A stretch of DNA of 64,000 nucleotides from Lewinellaceae bacterium. Lineage in GTDB: Bacteria > Bacteroidota > Bacteroidia > Chitinophagales > Saprospiraceae. Each line of letters starts with the position of its first letter. Position 1 is the stretch's first letter. The notes under the pieces were generated by a model that searched no databases, had not been told where the DNA came from, and was given only the letters and a program-made list of their open reading frames with translations. Position numbers and translations under genes: made by a program. Below are positions 14,835-26,000 of this stretch, in pieces. The stretch covers positions 13,435-77,434 of the forward strand of contig JACJYH010000005.1 in assembly GCA_020636195.1 (NCBI GenBank). The letters are read 5' to 3'.

Positions 14835-16610
14835 ATGAAAGCCAAAGGAGGAGATTTCTTACTTAAAAACTCAGAAGGACAAAAATATATATTTTCAGAG
14901 GATTTCAATGAAGAGCAAAAAATGATCCGTGATACGGTGCGATCATTTGTTGAACAAGAGATTTTGCCCCTGACAGATAGAATCGAAAAATTGGAAGAAG
15001 GTCTCATACCTTCATTGATGGAACAGTTTGCCCAGCTTGGTCTATTTGGCACACATATGCCTGAAGAATATGGCGGTAGCAATATGGATTATATCACTAA
15101 TTCCATCATAGGTGAGGAAATCGGGCCGGCAGGCTCATTTAGTGTCAGCTACAACGCTCATACGGGCATTGGCATGCTGCCCATCTTATATTACGGTACG
15201 GAAGAACAGAAGCAAAAGTATTTGCCGAGCTTGATTGATGGAAGTATAAAAGCATCTTACTGCCTGACAGAACCTTCCAGTGGATCTGATGCTTTGGCAG
15301 CAAAGTCCACAGCCATGCTTTCAGATGATAAATCCCATTATATACTCAATGGACAAAAGATGTGGATCACCAATGCCGGATTTGCAGACTTATTCACCGT
15401 GTTTGCTCAGGTAGATGGCGATAAATTTACCGCATTTTTGCTGACAAAAGGGATGACTGGATTGACACTGGGTGCAGAAGAAAAAAAATTGGGTATCAAG
15501 GGCTCATCAACACGCATGGTCTTCATGGAAAATGTTCATGTCCCTCTGGAAAATGTGCTTGGAGAAGTAGGAAAAGGCCATCTAATCGCTTTCAATGTAC
15601 TCAATACAGGTCGATATAAACTGGGCGATTCATGCCTTGGCGGATGCAAGAAACTATGTACGGCAGCCATCACATATGCCAATGAACGTGAGCAATTCAA
15701 GGTGCCTATCGGGAGTTTCGGCGCCATCAAATATAAAATTGCAGAGCAAGTTATCAGAACTTATACGCTGGATGCTTCGGTCTATCGCACAGCATCATTG
15801 ATACAAGATGCAGAGCAGGCATTCAAAGCAGAAGGAATGTCATTTGGCGATGCCAAGAAAGAAGCTGCAGAAGAATATGCCATAGAATGCTCTATCATCA
15901 AGGTATTGGGATCTGAAGTCTTGGACTACGTTGTGGATGAAACGGTACAAATCCATGGTGGCATGGGATACTCAGAAGAAGGTAATATCGCTAGGGGATA
16001 TAGAGATAGCCGCATCAACCGCATCTTTGAAGGTACCAATGAGGTGAATCGCCTCATCATCCTCAATACCATCATGAGACGTGCCGTAAAGGGCGAGTTT
16101 GACTTGATGACACCCGGCATGGCAGTGCAAAATGAGCTCATGAATGGTGTGCCATCAGATGAGACTTTTGAAGGTAAATATGCTGAAGAGTTGAAAGCCA
16201 TTTCAAATTATAAAAAAGCACTCATCATGCTGCTCGGTACAGCCGCTCAGATGACCATGTCCAATACACTGAATCTGAAGAAAGAGCAAGAAATTTTGAT
16301 GAATTTCGCTGACATCATCATTGATATCTTTGCATTGGAGAGCACAGTCGTACGAGCCGGACAACACAGTTTTGATGATGCGGAAAAGCAAAAAGTCATC
16401 GACGCCATCGTCAAAACATTGGCCCATGACACCAATGGCAAAGTCGTCAGCAATGCAACCGACGCTATAGCATCCTTTATAGAACCATCTATTCAACCTA
16501 TGTTCATCAGTGGGTTGAGAAAGTTCACAAAGTATCCTCTCCAAAATGTCAAGGAAAATAGGAGGCTGATCGCAGACTTTACTTTGAAGGCTGGGGAATA
16601 CGTGCTTTAG
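14835..16610 (+). CDS. acyl-CoA dehydrogenase (long, FadE-like)
   Basis: ACAD signatures YCLTEPSSGSDA and QIHGGMGYSEE. Confidence 0.9.
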   Translation: MKAKGGDFLLKNSEGQKYIFSEDFNEEQKMIRDTVRSFVEQEILPLTDRIEKLEEGLIPSLMEQFAQLGLFGTHMPEEYGGSNMDYITNSIIGEEIGPAGSFSVSYNAHTGIGMLPILYYGTEEQKQKYLPSLIDGSIKASYCLTEPSSGSDALAAKSTAMLSDDKSHYILNGQKMWITNAGFADLFTVFAQVDGDKFTAFLLTKGMTGLTLGAEEKKLGIKGSSTRMVFMENVHVPLENVLGEVGKGHLIAFNVLNTGRYKLGDSCLGGCKKLCTAAITYANEREQFKVPIGSFGAIKYKIAEQVIRTYTLDASVYRTASLIQDAEQAFKAEGMSFGDAKKEAAEEYAIECSIIKVLGSEVLDYVVDETVQIHGGMGYSEEGNIARGYRDSRINRIFEGTNEVNRLIILNTIMRRAVKGEFDLMTPGMAVQNELMNGVPSDETFEGKYAEELKAISNYKKALIMLLGTAAQMTMSNTLNLKKEQEILMNFADIIIDIFALESTVVRAGQHSFDDAEKQKVIDAIVKTLAHDTNGKVVSNATDAIASFIEPSIQPMFISGLRKFTKYPLQNVKENRRLIADFTLKAGEYVL

Positions 16611-16679
16611 AGTTTATGGGATAGATTGAAAAGTCTTTCAATGTTATTGTGGATAGGAACGGTAACCTGCTACATTTTT

Positions 16680-17840
16680 TCATCGCCATCTGATACCGCT
16701 TAGCAATGCCAGATATTGCGCAACGGCGCCGTGGCTTTTCAGTTGCACTCCGAGGTATGGTTGTAATTGCCAGTTTTTTGGGAAAGGTGAGATGATGGTC
16801 GTCAATTTGACATAGTATGGGAAGGTGTTTTGGATAAGTGCATCTTTAAAAATGTAGGTGCCTACTTGTCCGCGGATGCTGATGGGGCCAAAATCCATCT
16901 GCCCGCTTCCGTACGCAGACCACCTCGTTGCTAAAATTCTGGCAACGGCTTCGGTCTCAAAATCATGGTAGAAAAACTGGAAGGTGCTTCGCTTAAATTC
17001 ATATTCGCCACCCACCATTACGTGAAAGAATCTGCTGATGTGGTAACCTACACCAAGATTCGAAACATCGACCTTGAATTTTGGACCTCCGGCAAAAGAA
17101 TATTCTGAAATACCGTATCCATAGTGTGCATCCAAAAACCAACGATGGTGAACGGTGAAGACCGAGTCAGACAAGGCGATATTTGTTTTCGGTTTTTGAT
17201 TTTGGAATTTTTTATAGATGCCTATAGAAGCGCCTACTAGGTTTAGACCCGCATTTGGCGTAGAAGTGGCTGAATTACTGACATGTGTAAGATGTAGGTC
17301 CATTATTGCAACAAAATCAGAAGATAAATGCATTGTATTGGCAAAGGCAATTTGGGTTATGTTGTTCAGATGAGCACCTATGGCACTGTTTTTTGGATTA
17401 TCTATTTTGTCATAGACCTTTGTCACATAAGCGATACCACTGCCGATCTGAAATCTTAATTGATAATTTTTCAAACGTACCACACTGAACCCTATGGATG
17501 GAAACACCCCAAATGCCTTCCCTAGTATATGAGCGTCACCATAGTCAATATAAGCGGCATGGAGTTGAATCTTTGGGTTGTTCCAATACTTTTTCCAAGC
17601 AACCATTTTCTGCTCTAAAAGACTACAACGCAGGTCAATCAAGTAAGAGTATGATGGACTATCAAACGTGGCTTTCTTGCTGTGCTGCACAAATTTTGCC
17701 GGACTGTAAGCTAATCCAAAACCACTTTGAGCATGTAGTTGGAATAGAAAACTACACCAAAAAAATCCAATAATGACGGATAGTTTAAATTTTTGCAAAG
17801 ATGAAATCCGTGATTTTTGTAAATAAATGAATCCTTGCAT
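16680..17840 (-). CDS. PagL-like acyloxyacyl hydrolase / outer-membrane barrel
   Basis: Signal-like LSVIIGFFWCSFLFQLHAQ and the HLTHVSNS...PNAGLN (H.SN) motif. The start is uncertain: ATG 17840 overlaps the DPP-IV 3' end, and a TTG near 17797 is an alternative. The ORF-track N-terminus up to 18137 is rejected. Confidence 0.5.
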   Translation of the reverse strand: MQGFIYLQKSRISSLQKFKLSVIIGFFWCSFLFQLHAQSGFGLAYSPAKFVQHSKKATFDSPSYSYLIDLRCSLLEQKMVAWKKYWNNPKIQLHAAYIDYGDAHILGKAFGVFPSIGFSVVRLKNYQLRFQIGSGIAYVTKVYDKIDNPKNSAIGAHLNNITQIAFANTMHLSSDFVAIMDLHLTHVSNSATSTPNAGLNLVGASIGIYKKFQNQKPKTNIALSDSVFTVHHRWFLDAHYGYGISEYSFAGGPKFKVDVSNLGVGYHISRFFHVMVGGEYEFKRSTFQFFYHDFETEAVARILATRWSAYGSGQMDFGPISIRGQVGTYIFKDALIQNTFPYYVKLTTIISPFPKNWQLQPYLGVQLKSHGAVAQYLALLSGIRWR

Positions 17841-19956
17841 TGTCTCCGTAGATACCATGATTTCGGTTGGGATAATAGTAGGTATCAAACTGTTTTTTGG
17901 ATTTAATAAGAGCATTGGCCATTTCTGCTGAGTGTTGGAAATGTACATTGTCATCTGCCAAGCCATGGACGAGCAGGTAGGAACCCTTGAGCCTGTCAGC
18001 AAAATATACAGGCGAATTTTGGGCGTATCCATCAGAATTTTCTTCCACGGTGCGCATGTACCTTTCGGTGTAAACTGAATCATACCATTTCCAATTGGTA
18101 ACAGGGGCGACGGCAATCCCTGCTTTAAACACATCATTGCCCTTCAACACGCATAGCGAAGACATATAGCCACCGTAACTCCATCCAAAAATGCCGATTC
18201 TGTCCTTGTCAACATAAGGTTGTCGACCCAAATATTTTGCCGCTTCTATTTGATCTATGGTCTCGTAATGTCCTAGTTGCAGATAGGTCATTTTCTTAAA
18301 TTCTTCACCCCGACCGCCTGTTCCGCGTCCATCCACGCAGGCTACGATATACCCATTTTGTGCCAAAAGTTGATACCACCAATAATACCGACCTAACCAA
18401 CCATCAGTGACTGACTGGCTGCCGGGTCCTGAATATTGCGTCATAAATACAGGATACTTCTTGTTTGGATTCATATGCATAGGTTTGATCATCCAGCCGT
18501 TCAATGTAACATTTTCTGATGTTACAAATGTGAAAAACTCCACATCATTGGTGGCATAATCTTTCATTTGATCCAATGTCTTTTGATTGGTTTCAATTGT
18601 TCTCACTAGCTTGCCTTGATTGTTATAAACAGCATACGTAGGAGGCGTATTGGCAGTGCTGAAAGCATCAGAAAAATAATCAAAAGTTTTTGTGAAGGTT
18701 GCTGAGTGCCTTCCTTTTTGCGGTGTCAGCGCTTTCAAATTCTTTCCGTTAAGCTGAACAGAATACAGGTGATTTTCCAAAGGAGAATCTGTAATGGCTT
18801 CAAAATAAACGACACCTGATTTTTGATCCACACCATGAAAAACAGTTACCTCATAGTTAGGTGGAGATATTTTTTCGCTGATTTTACCATCCATAGTATA
18901 GAGATAGAGTCTATTGTAACCCTCCATTTCTGAAGAGAGGACAAAGTTTTTATTCTCATTGATAAATGTGAGATGGTCATTGATGTCGATGTAATATTTA
19001 TTTTTTTCTTCGTAAAACAGCTTTCCGTCGGGATATTTCGTGCTGGCGAGGAAGAGCTTTAAATTGTTCTGATGTCTGTTCAAATGATAGATGCACAATT
19101 CATTGGGATCTTCTGTCCACTTTAATCGCGGTATATAGCTATCGGCAACTTCAGGAAGGCTGATTTTATGGGATTTTCCGGTGCTGAAATTATAAATATA
19201 TGCGGACACATCAGCATTTTTTTCACCCACTTTCGGATATTTATAGGTGTAATTGAATGGGTAAAGCTCATCTTCATAATATTGTAAAATGTACTGCTTT
19301 ACTGCACTCTCATCAAATCTTAGGTACGCAATTTTCTTGCTGTCAGGTGACCAAAAGAATGCTCTTGTAAATCCAAATTCTTCTTCATACACCCAGTCAC
19401 ATTGACCATTGATGATGGCATTGATTTCGCCATCTGTCGTTACTTGCGTTGTATTTTGACTTTTCAAATCAGTGTAGTACAAATTATTTTTGTGGACAAA
19501 AGCAACTTTTTCACCATCAGGAGAAAACTGAGGATTGATAATTTTGCCATGCGGATATACATTTTGTAGTTTTTTACTGGCGATGTCAAAGACATAAGCA
19601 TCCACCATGGAACTATGTCTGTATATGCTTTCAGTACCACTTTCTATGAGTATTTTTTTTTCGTCATTACTGAAGCTATAGGATTCTACGGCCACAGTAT
19701 TGGATGCATCATTGATGTCTTTATTATCTAAAATCACTTCAACTGCTTCTCCTGTAGTGAAATCGTATTTTACAATATTTCCATCTGAAAGCCTGGAATA
19801 ATACTTGCCATCTTTCATAAAATTAAAATCTGGTAACGACCTTGTGCCGAATGTTCCATTTTCGAAGATGTCTTCGAGAACGATGGATTTCTGCGCTTGA
19901 GCCTGAAAAATAATGACGACAAAGAGGAAAATAAAATGATGTTTGAAAGAAAGCAT
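17785..19956 (-). CDS. dipeptidyl-peptidase IV (S9B prolyl oligopeptidase family)
   Basis: DPP-IV N-terminal propeller-like region, catalytic GWSYGGYM, and distal D and H regions (GLADDNVHFQHS). Confidence 0.9.
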   Translation of the reverse strand: MLSFKHHFIFLFVVIIFQAQAQKSIVLEDIFENGTFGTRSLPDFNFMKDGKYYSRLSDGNIVKYDFTTGEAVEVILDNKDINDASNTVAVESYSFSNDEKKILIESGTESIYRHSSMVDAYVFDIASKKLQNVYPHGKIINPQFSPDGEKVAFVHKNNLYYTDLKSQNTTQVTTDGEINAIINGQCDWVYEEEFGFTRAFFWSPDSKKIAYLRFDESAVKQYILQYYEDELYPFNYTYKYPKVGEKNADVSAYIYNFSTGKSHKISLPEVADSYIPRLKWTEDPNELCIYHLNRHQNNLKLFLASTKYPDGKLFYEEKNKYYIDINDHLTFINENKNFVLSSEMEGYNRLYLYTMDGKISEKISPPNYEVTVFHGVDQKSGVVYFEAITDSPLENHLYSVQLNGKNLKALTPQKGRHSATFTKTFDYFSDAFSTANTPPTYAVYNNQGKLVRTIETNQKTLDQMKDYATNDVEFFTFVTSENVTLNGWMIKPMHMNPNKKYPVFMTQYSGPGSQSVTDGWLGRYYWWYQLLAQNGYIVACVDGRGTGGRGEEFKKMTYLQLGHYETIDQIEAAKYLGRQPYVDKDRIGIFGWSYGGYMSSLCVLKGNDVFKAGIAVAPVTNWKWYDSVYTERYMRTVEENSDGYAQNSPVYFADRLKGSYLLVHGLADDNVHFQHSAEMANALIKSKKQFDTYYYPNRNHGIYGDNARIHLFTKITDFIFAKI

Positions 19957-19989
19957 AATACAATTTTTTATGTCACAAAAATACAAAGT

Positions 19990-20316
19990 TTAACACAGTT
20001 TTGAGCCATTATGGATGTGTTTTTCGGGAATTGCGAGCACTACACCGTCATCTGTCTTGAATCCTAAAACAAGACATTGTGACTGAATCACACCTATTTG
20101 TTTAGGTGGAAAGTTGGTAACCGCAAGTATTTGTTTGCCTATGAGTTCATCAGAAGAGTAGAGTTTTGTGATTTGTGCTGAACTTTTTAGGATGCCGATG
20201 TCACCGAAATCTATGTGTAGAACATACGCCGGATTTCGTGCATTTTCCAATGGGACAGCACTAATTATAGTGCCTACCCTGATGTCAACTTTTTCAAAAT
20301 CTTCCCAAGAAATCAT
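19990..20316 (-). CDS. tRNA-binding protein (CsaA/YgjH, EMAP-like OB fold)
   Basis: DIRVGTI.....ENARNPAY.L.IDFG..G...SSAQIT..Y....LIGKQILAVTNFPPKQIG matches CsaA. Confidence 0.85.
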   Translation of the reverse strand: MISWEDFEKVDIRVGTIISAVPLENARNPAYVLHIDFGDIGILKSSAQITKLYSSDELIGKQILAVTNFPPKQIGVIQSQCLVLGFKTDDGVVLAIPEKHIHNGSKLC

Positions 20317-20433
20317 AAAATATGCTAGCCAAAAAAATAGTAACCATTAAAAAAATTTGGTAAAGTAATATCCATACCCAAATTGTAGCAAAAGTAGTAA
20401 AAATGAAATAATATTCTTAAATTTGCGCCCTTA

Positions 20434-21417
20434 ATGCACAGAAAATTCTCACATCAATGTACATCAGCCTTTATTTGGTTGATGGTACTTTTTTCGTCAT
20501 TTTCGGTTTTAGCACAAACCCATGTCAATCCTTTTGATATTCCTGAAAGGAAAGGGGAAGTCAATTCGGCTACCATACTTCCCAATGACACGTTGATCAG
20601 AAAAGCGGAAATTACCACTATTTTGGCTGATACAACCCAAAGGCTGACATTAGACAGCGTTGTTCCTCAAAACATTCCTGAATCCCAAGTTACTAATCCA
20701 TTTGACGTAGATCACCGGCCACTGAAAAGGACGGAGCAAAACAGTAATCTGTCGCCATCAAATCCAAAAAACAATGGTTTCTCAGGATTTATCCTTTGGA
20801 TTTTGATACTGGTCAGCGGTTTGCTAGCCATCATACTGAACACACATACCAAATACCTATCTATGGCATCAAAAGGGGTATTTAATGAAAACATTTTGAA
20901 GCGGTTGAACCGTGATGACCAAAGCAAACATGTCGGTTATCATTTTATTCTATACACCATATATGTTTTGGGAATCACAACGTTTTTCTACCTGATCTTG
21001 GATAAGATATATGGGTTGAATGGCTTGCAACTCTATTTAATTATTCTGGCTGGAGTAATAGCTGTTTATGCCATCAGACATTTAATTTTGTCAGCATTGG
21101 GTCACATATTTTCTATTTCTAAAAACACATCATTTTACAGCTTCCTAATCATGTTATTCAATCAGATCATTGGAATTGTATTATTGCCAATCAATATCCT
21201 CTTGGCTTTTGGACCAATTGAGGTTTTTAAGATAGTCATGATTGTTGGGGTTATAATTCTGCTTGTGTTTTATATTTTAAGGTCTGTAAGAGGTTTGTTA
21301 AGTATTTCTGAGTTTTATAATGAAAGAATTTTCCAAATATTTATTTATCTTTGCGCCTTTGAAATTGCGCCATTTTTAATTTTATTTAAATATTTAGATA
21401 ATTCCAGGCTGTTTTAA
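20434..21417 (+). CDS. DUF4271-like polytopic membrane protein
   Basis: Signal peptide plus about 6 C-terminal TM helices. Its position directly upstream of hemD is the usual Bacteroidota synteny. Confidence 0.55.
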   Translation: MHRKFSHQCTSAFIWLMVLFSSFSVLAQTHVNPFDIPERKGEVNSATILPNDTLIRKAEITTILADTTQRLTLDSVVPQNIPESQVTNPFDVDHRPLKRTEQNSNLSPSNPKNNGFSGFILWILILVSGLLAIILNTHTKYLSMASKGVFNENILKRLNRDDQSKHVGYHFILYTIYVLGITTFFYLILDKIYGLNGLQLYLIILAGVIAVYAIRHLILSALGHIFSISKNTSFYSFLIMLFNQIIGIVLLPINILLAFGPIEVFKIVMIVGVIILLVFYILRSVRGLLSISEFYNERIFQIFIYLCAFEIAPFLILFKYLDNSRLF

Positions 21418-21443
21418 CCTATTGATCAACATTAATTAGTTTA

Positions 21444-22247
21444 ATGACAACTAAGAGTTCTGCTTCTACCAAGAAATCGTCCTATATAGAGCAATATCAA
21501 CCTGTAAGGTCTATTCTTATATCCCAACCTAAACCGGAGGATAAGTCACCCTACTATGAATTAGAACAGAAATTTAAGCTGAAAATAGATTGGAGGCCAT
21601 TTATACAAGTGGAGAATCTCACGGAGAAGGAGTTTCGTAGAAATAGGTTGAATTTAGGTGATTTTAAGTGTGTCATTTTTTCGAGCAAAGGCGCAGTAGA
21701 TAACTTTTTTAGACTAGCAGAAGAAACGCGTTCTCGCATTTCGCAAGATACAAGATATTTTTGCCTTACAGAGACGATCGCAAATTACTTGCAAAAGTTC
21801 ATTTTATACAGAAAGAGAAAAGTTTTTGTAGGTAAGCGTGTTGCAGAAGATTTGGCTCATTATTTTCAAAAATATAAATCAGAAAAATATCTACTCCCTT
21901 GTTCTAACTTGGGATCGACAGAAATAGTACAGTACTTGGATAAAATAGGGATTGATCATACGGATGTCGTCATGTACAAGACGGTTTCATCTGATCTTTC
22001 TGATTTGAGTGATGTCTATTATGACGTTTTAGTATTTTTCAGTCCTCAGGGTATTGAGTCCCTATTTGAAAATTTTCCGGATTTTGCGCAAAATAATACA
22101 AGAATCGCTATTTTTGGCAATGCCACTTCAAAAGCGGCTGAGGACAAAGGTCTCTATATCAATATCAAAGCACCTACCACCGAAGCACCATCGATGACCA
22201 AAGCATTGGAAGACTATATCAACGTGTCTAATAAAGTTGCAAAGTAA
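21444..22247 (+). CDS. hemD: uroporphyrinogen-III synthase
   Basis: Length, two-lobe pattern (ILISQP...; VIFSSKGAVDNFF; VFFSPQGIESLF) and synteny. Confidence 0.7.
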   Translation: MTTKSSASTKKSSYIEQYQPVRSILISQPKPEDKSPYYELEQKFKLKIDWRPFIQVENLTEKEFRRNRLNLGDFKCVIFSSKGAVDNFFRLAEETRSRISQDTRYFCLTETIANYLQKFILYRKRKVFVGKRVAEDLAHYFQKYKSEKYLLPCSNLGSTEIVQYLDKIGIDHTDVVMYKTVSSDLSDLSDVYYDVLVFFSPQGIESLFENFPDFAQNNTRIAIFGNATSKAAEDKGLYINIKAPTTEAPSMTKALEDYINVSNKVAK

Positions 22248-22267
22248 TTTTACAATAATCAGTTCAC

Positions 22268-22909
22268 ATGGATATTAAGTTTATTCAAGATTTGGAGTTG
22301 GAGATGAGTGAGGAATTGCCGGGGAAACCCTTTCAAAACCTTATGTCTCCACCCGGTCGAATAAATTTGCACCAAGATCCTGATAAATTACCTGTTGAAG
22401 CCTGTGTTTTATTGCTGTTGTATCCAAAAAATAATGAATGGTTTACCTGCTTCATAGAGCGACCGTCTCATTATATTCATGATGTACATGCAGGACAATT
22501 TGCCTTACCGGGCGGAAAGGTGGACGAGACAGACTACAGCTTTGAGGATTGTGCATTGAGAGAAACATATGAAGAGATAGGCATTCCTCCTGAAGACATC
22601 GGTATACTAGGATCATTGACGTCGCTGTATATACCTGTAAGCAATTTTTTAGTCCATCCGTTTGTGGGTTTTATGCACAAGGAGCCGGAATTTGAAATCC
22701 AACCTAACGAAGTGGCAAATCTAATAGAAGCACCCATTTCAGTGTTCATCAAGCAGAAGAATAAATCGGTTTCGGACTTGATTGTTCGAAATGAAAAGAT
22801 AGAACAAGTTCCTCATTATATTCTCAATAATCAAAATAAGTTATGGGGCGCCACTGCTATGATTCTCAGCGAATTTGAAGCCATCATTTCCAAATTAGAA
22901 ATAAACTGA
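22268..22909 (+). CDS. NUDIX hydrolase (CoA pyrophosphatase type)
   Basis: Nudix box LPGGKVDETDYSFEDCALRETYEEIGI. Confidence 0.8.
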   Translation: MDIKFIQDLELEMSEELPGKPFQNLMSPPGRINLHQDPDKLPVEACVLLLLYPKNNEWFTCFIERPSHYIHDVHAGQFALPGGKVDETDYSFEDCALRETYEEIGIPPEDIGILGSLTSLYIPVSNFLVHPFVGFMHKEPEFEIQPNEVANLIEAPISVFIKQKNKSVSDLIVRNEKIEQVPHYILNNQNKLWGATAMILSEFEAIISKLEIN

Positions 22910-23071
22910 AGACTAAACTAAATCAGAGTTTTCGACTATTTTTAAATAATTTTTTCAGTGCCGTAACGCTTGTAATGTAAAAATTCATATTTTTACGCTT
23001 AATAAATACCATTTCAAATTAACTTTTGGTCATTTTCCCTAACTATTATTTTCAGTTTATAAAATTTACAT

Positions 23072-26000
23072 ATGCGTCAGATTCAGGTTTTTATTATTTT
23101 AAGTCTATTCTCATCCATAATGTTTGGGCAAGTTCGACAAGAAACTGTTTCTATTCCTTTTAGCGATTATATCAAAAATCCTGATACCCACGTTAGGAAT
23201 GAATTCATTTTGCCACTGACACTTTCAGGAACGGAATATACATTTAAAGCCACTCCAAATGATGTCATGGAAGAAGACCTGAAAAGGGAATATCCATCTC
23301 TCAGAACCTATGATCTGACATCTGATGAAAATAAAGAGACATATGGAGCACTGACTGTTACAGATTACGGAATCTATGTGACTTTGCACCATTTTTTGGG
23401 CACATCAATATTTATTAGACCATCTGATTATTCGGGCTCTCAAAAGCATACCGTCGAATATGGTATTTCTAAAGAAAAAGCAAGATGTGGCCATATAGAA
23501 CATCAAGAGGATGAGAAGGTGGATTTGTCTTATCTAATCGATGATAGGAAAGGGCTCCGCAATACATTTGAGTTAGGAACTACAAGATATCGGTATGACG
23601 TGGCAATTATTTGTACAGGTGAGTATTATATCAATAATGGAAATACAAACTCGTCAGTTACATCCTCTATCACACAAACCGTCAATAATATCAGCGCAAT
23701 TTATAAAAAAGATCTTTCTATTACACTTTCTACAAGTTCTTCAAGGATAAAACTGTATTCTGATCCCAATACAGATCCATTTATTCCTGACAATTTAGGA
23801 GGTGATGTTAGAACAATTCAAGCTGGAAGAGAAATAAAAGCGTCCTTTGCAGACAATGTATATGATATAGGCCATGTGTTTCATCAGCATGCAGATGGTG
23901 ATGGATGGGGCAATGGTGGATTGGCACAATTGGAATGTGTTTGTGATAACAGTGTTTCATCAGGTGTCATTTCAAAAGGATCCGGTTGGAGCGGAGCCTA
24001 TACAAATAGCGATTTAGGTTGGGTTCTGTTAGCAGCGCATGAATTTGGGCATCAATTTGGAGCAAAGCATACATTTAATGGTTTGGGCAATTCGTGTACA
24101 TCTGCCATATCCCTGACCACGGCATATGAGATAGGCTCCGGAACAACCATCATGTCATATGAAGGCTTGTGTAATGATGATAATAATGTTACCCCAAACG
24201 GTTTAAACAATGATTATTTTCACATCATTTCAATTCAGCAAATGATGAATTATATTGTAAATGATATCGGAAATACTTGCGCTACGAAATCTGCATCAAA
24301 TAATGCAATTCCGGAGGTCACTGCATCTCCTTGTAGTGCTAAATATCAAATTCCTAAAAATACACCTTTCTATTTTAAAGGGTCAGCGTCAGATGCAGAT
24401 AATGATCCTATGACCTACAATTGGGAAGAAATAGATGAAGACGGGCCTAATAAACCTACCCAAGGATATGTAGGTACTCAGGCAGCCGGCTCTGCTATAG
24501 CGCCATTGTTCAGGAGTTATCAACCCAATGCCAGCACCGAAAGATATTTTCCTTCATTGGAAGTACTTAAAAATGGAGGCAGCGACTTTGAAGTCTTACC
24601 AACAGTCCCTAGAACTTTGAATTTTGCATTCGTTGCCAGAGACAATAATTCACTGGGATCAGCTTTGGCTTCTGATAATGTTTCTATTCAAGTTGTAAAT
24701 TCCGGACCCTTTGAAATCACAAAACCTAATGGTGGTGAAACATTGACAGCCGGAAAAGCAGAAACCATTACATGGAATACCAACAATTCAAATAACCTAT
24801 GTGATAATGTAAGAATAAAATTATCCGTGGATGATGGTTTGACCTTTGATGTAGTCTTGGCAGAGAATATTCCTTATTCGGCAGGAACAGCTACGGTTAC
24901 ATTGCCACCAAATTTCTTTAAAACATCTTCCGCAAGGGTGATGATAGAATGTATGGATTATGATTGCTTTAAAATCTTTACTACGTCAACAAATAATTTC
25001 AATGTTTCATCAACTTGCGACCCACAAAATTCCGTGTTATGCTCTACTGCGAAAGTGACAATGTTTGAAGGGGATCCCGGAACAATTACGGGTTTGACAA
25101 AGACGATTGCAAACGATAAAATAGAAAGAACCATTACTTCAGGATCTAGTCTCGGAAGAGTTGTTGTCCTTGCAGAAACAGGATCCGGATGTAAGGATTT
25201 CTCCAATTATTATACTGTTCCTGTGACAATTTATGCTACGGAAACCGGTAAGTACCAGATCAATGCAACTGGTTCAGGATTTTTATCGCTATTCAGAGCG
25301 GGTTATAAACCGGCAGACGGTTGTTCAAAGTTTTTGAATTCAACTAGAAGGGCGCTTGACGAGATGCATATGACAGGAGAAAATCAAACTTTTGAAGTCA
25401 ATCTCTCAGCTTGTACGGATTATGTGGTAGTATTTTATTCATTCTACACTTTACCTGCTGAAGTCCAAATGAAGGTTATCGGAGGACCCGGATTGATAGT
25501 TGAAAAATCAACTTTACAAGGGAATGGCTACGTAAATAAGTTTATCGTGGTGAATCAAGCAACAGGTTTAATATATTCCATCATGGACAACCCCGATGTC
25601 AGTGGAATTCCGGTAGGAAATTATACCATATATTCCATCGTCATGTCTGATATGGATACCACTCCATTTATCGGTACTTCTTTTGCAAATTTTGTAGCTC
25701 AAGAATGCGTAAACGTCAGCTATAATTCAAAAGAATTGGAGGTTTTGCCAAATTGCACCATCTCAGGCATATCGGCAGGAGCACAAACTCCATGTATTCC
25801 GGGCAATAATACATTCACACAAACATTGACTATCACCTATGATAAAGCACCGACTACTGGAAAACTGAGTGTAAACGGTCAATTGTTTGACATCACAGGT
25901 AGCCCACAAACAGTGATATTAAATAACTTAGATTCTGATGGCAGCACCCAAGATGTGTCTGTCTTTTTTACGGATCAGCCTACTTGTAAGTTGGATCGTT

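Noticed and set aside
17841-18137. N-terminal extension of track ORF 16680-18137
   Set aside because: It runs inside the 3' end of the strongly supported DPP-IV gene in another frame. The signal-peptide-like segment of the PagL-like protein starts after residue 100.
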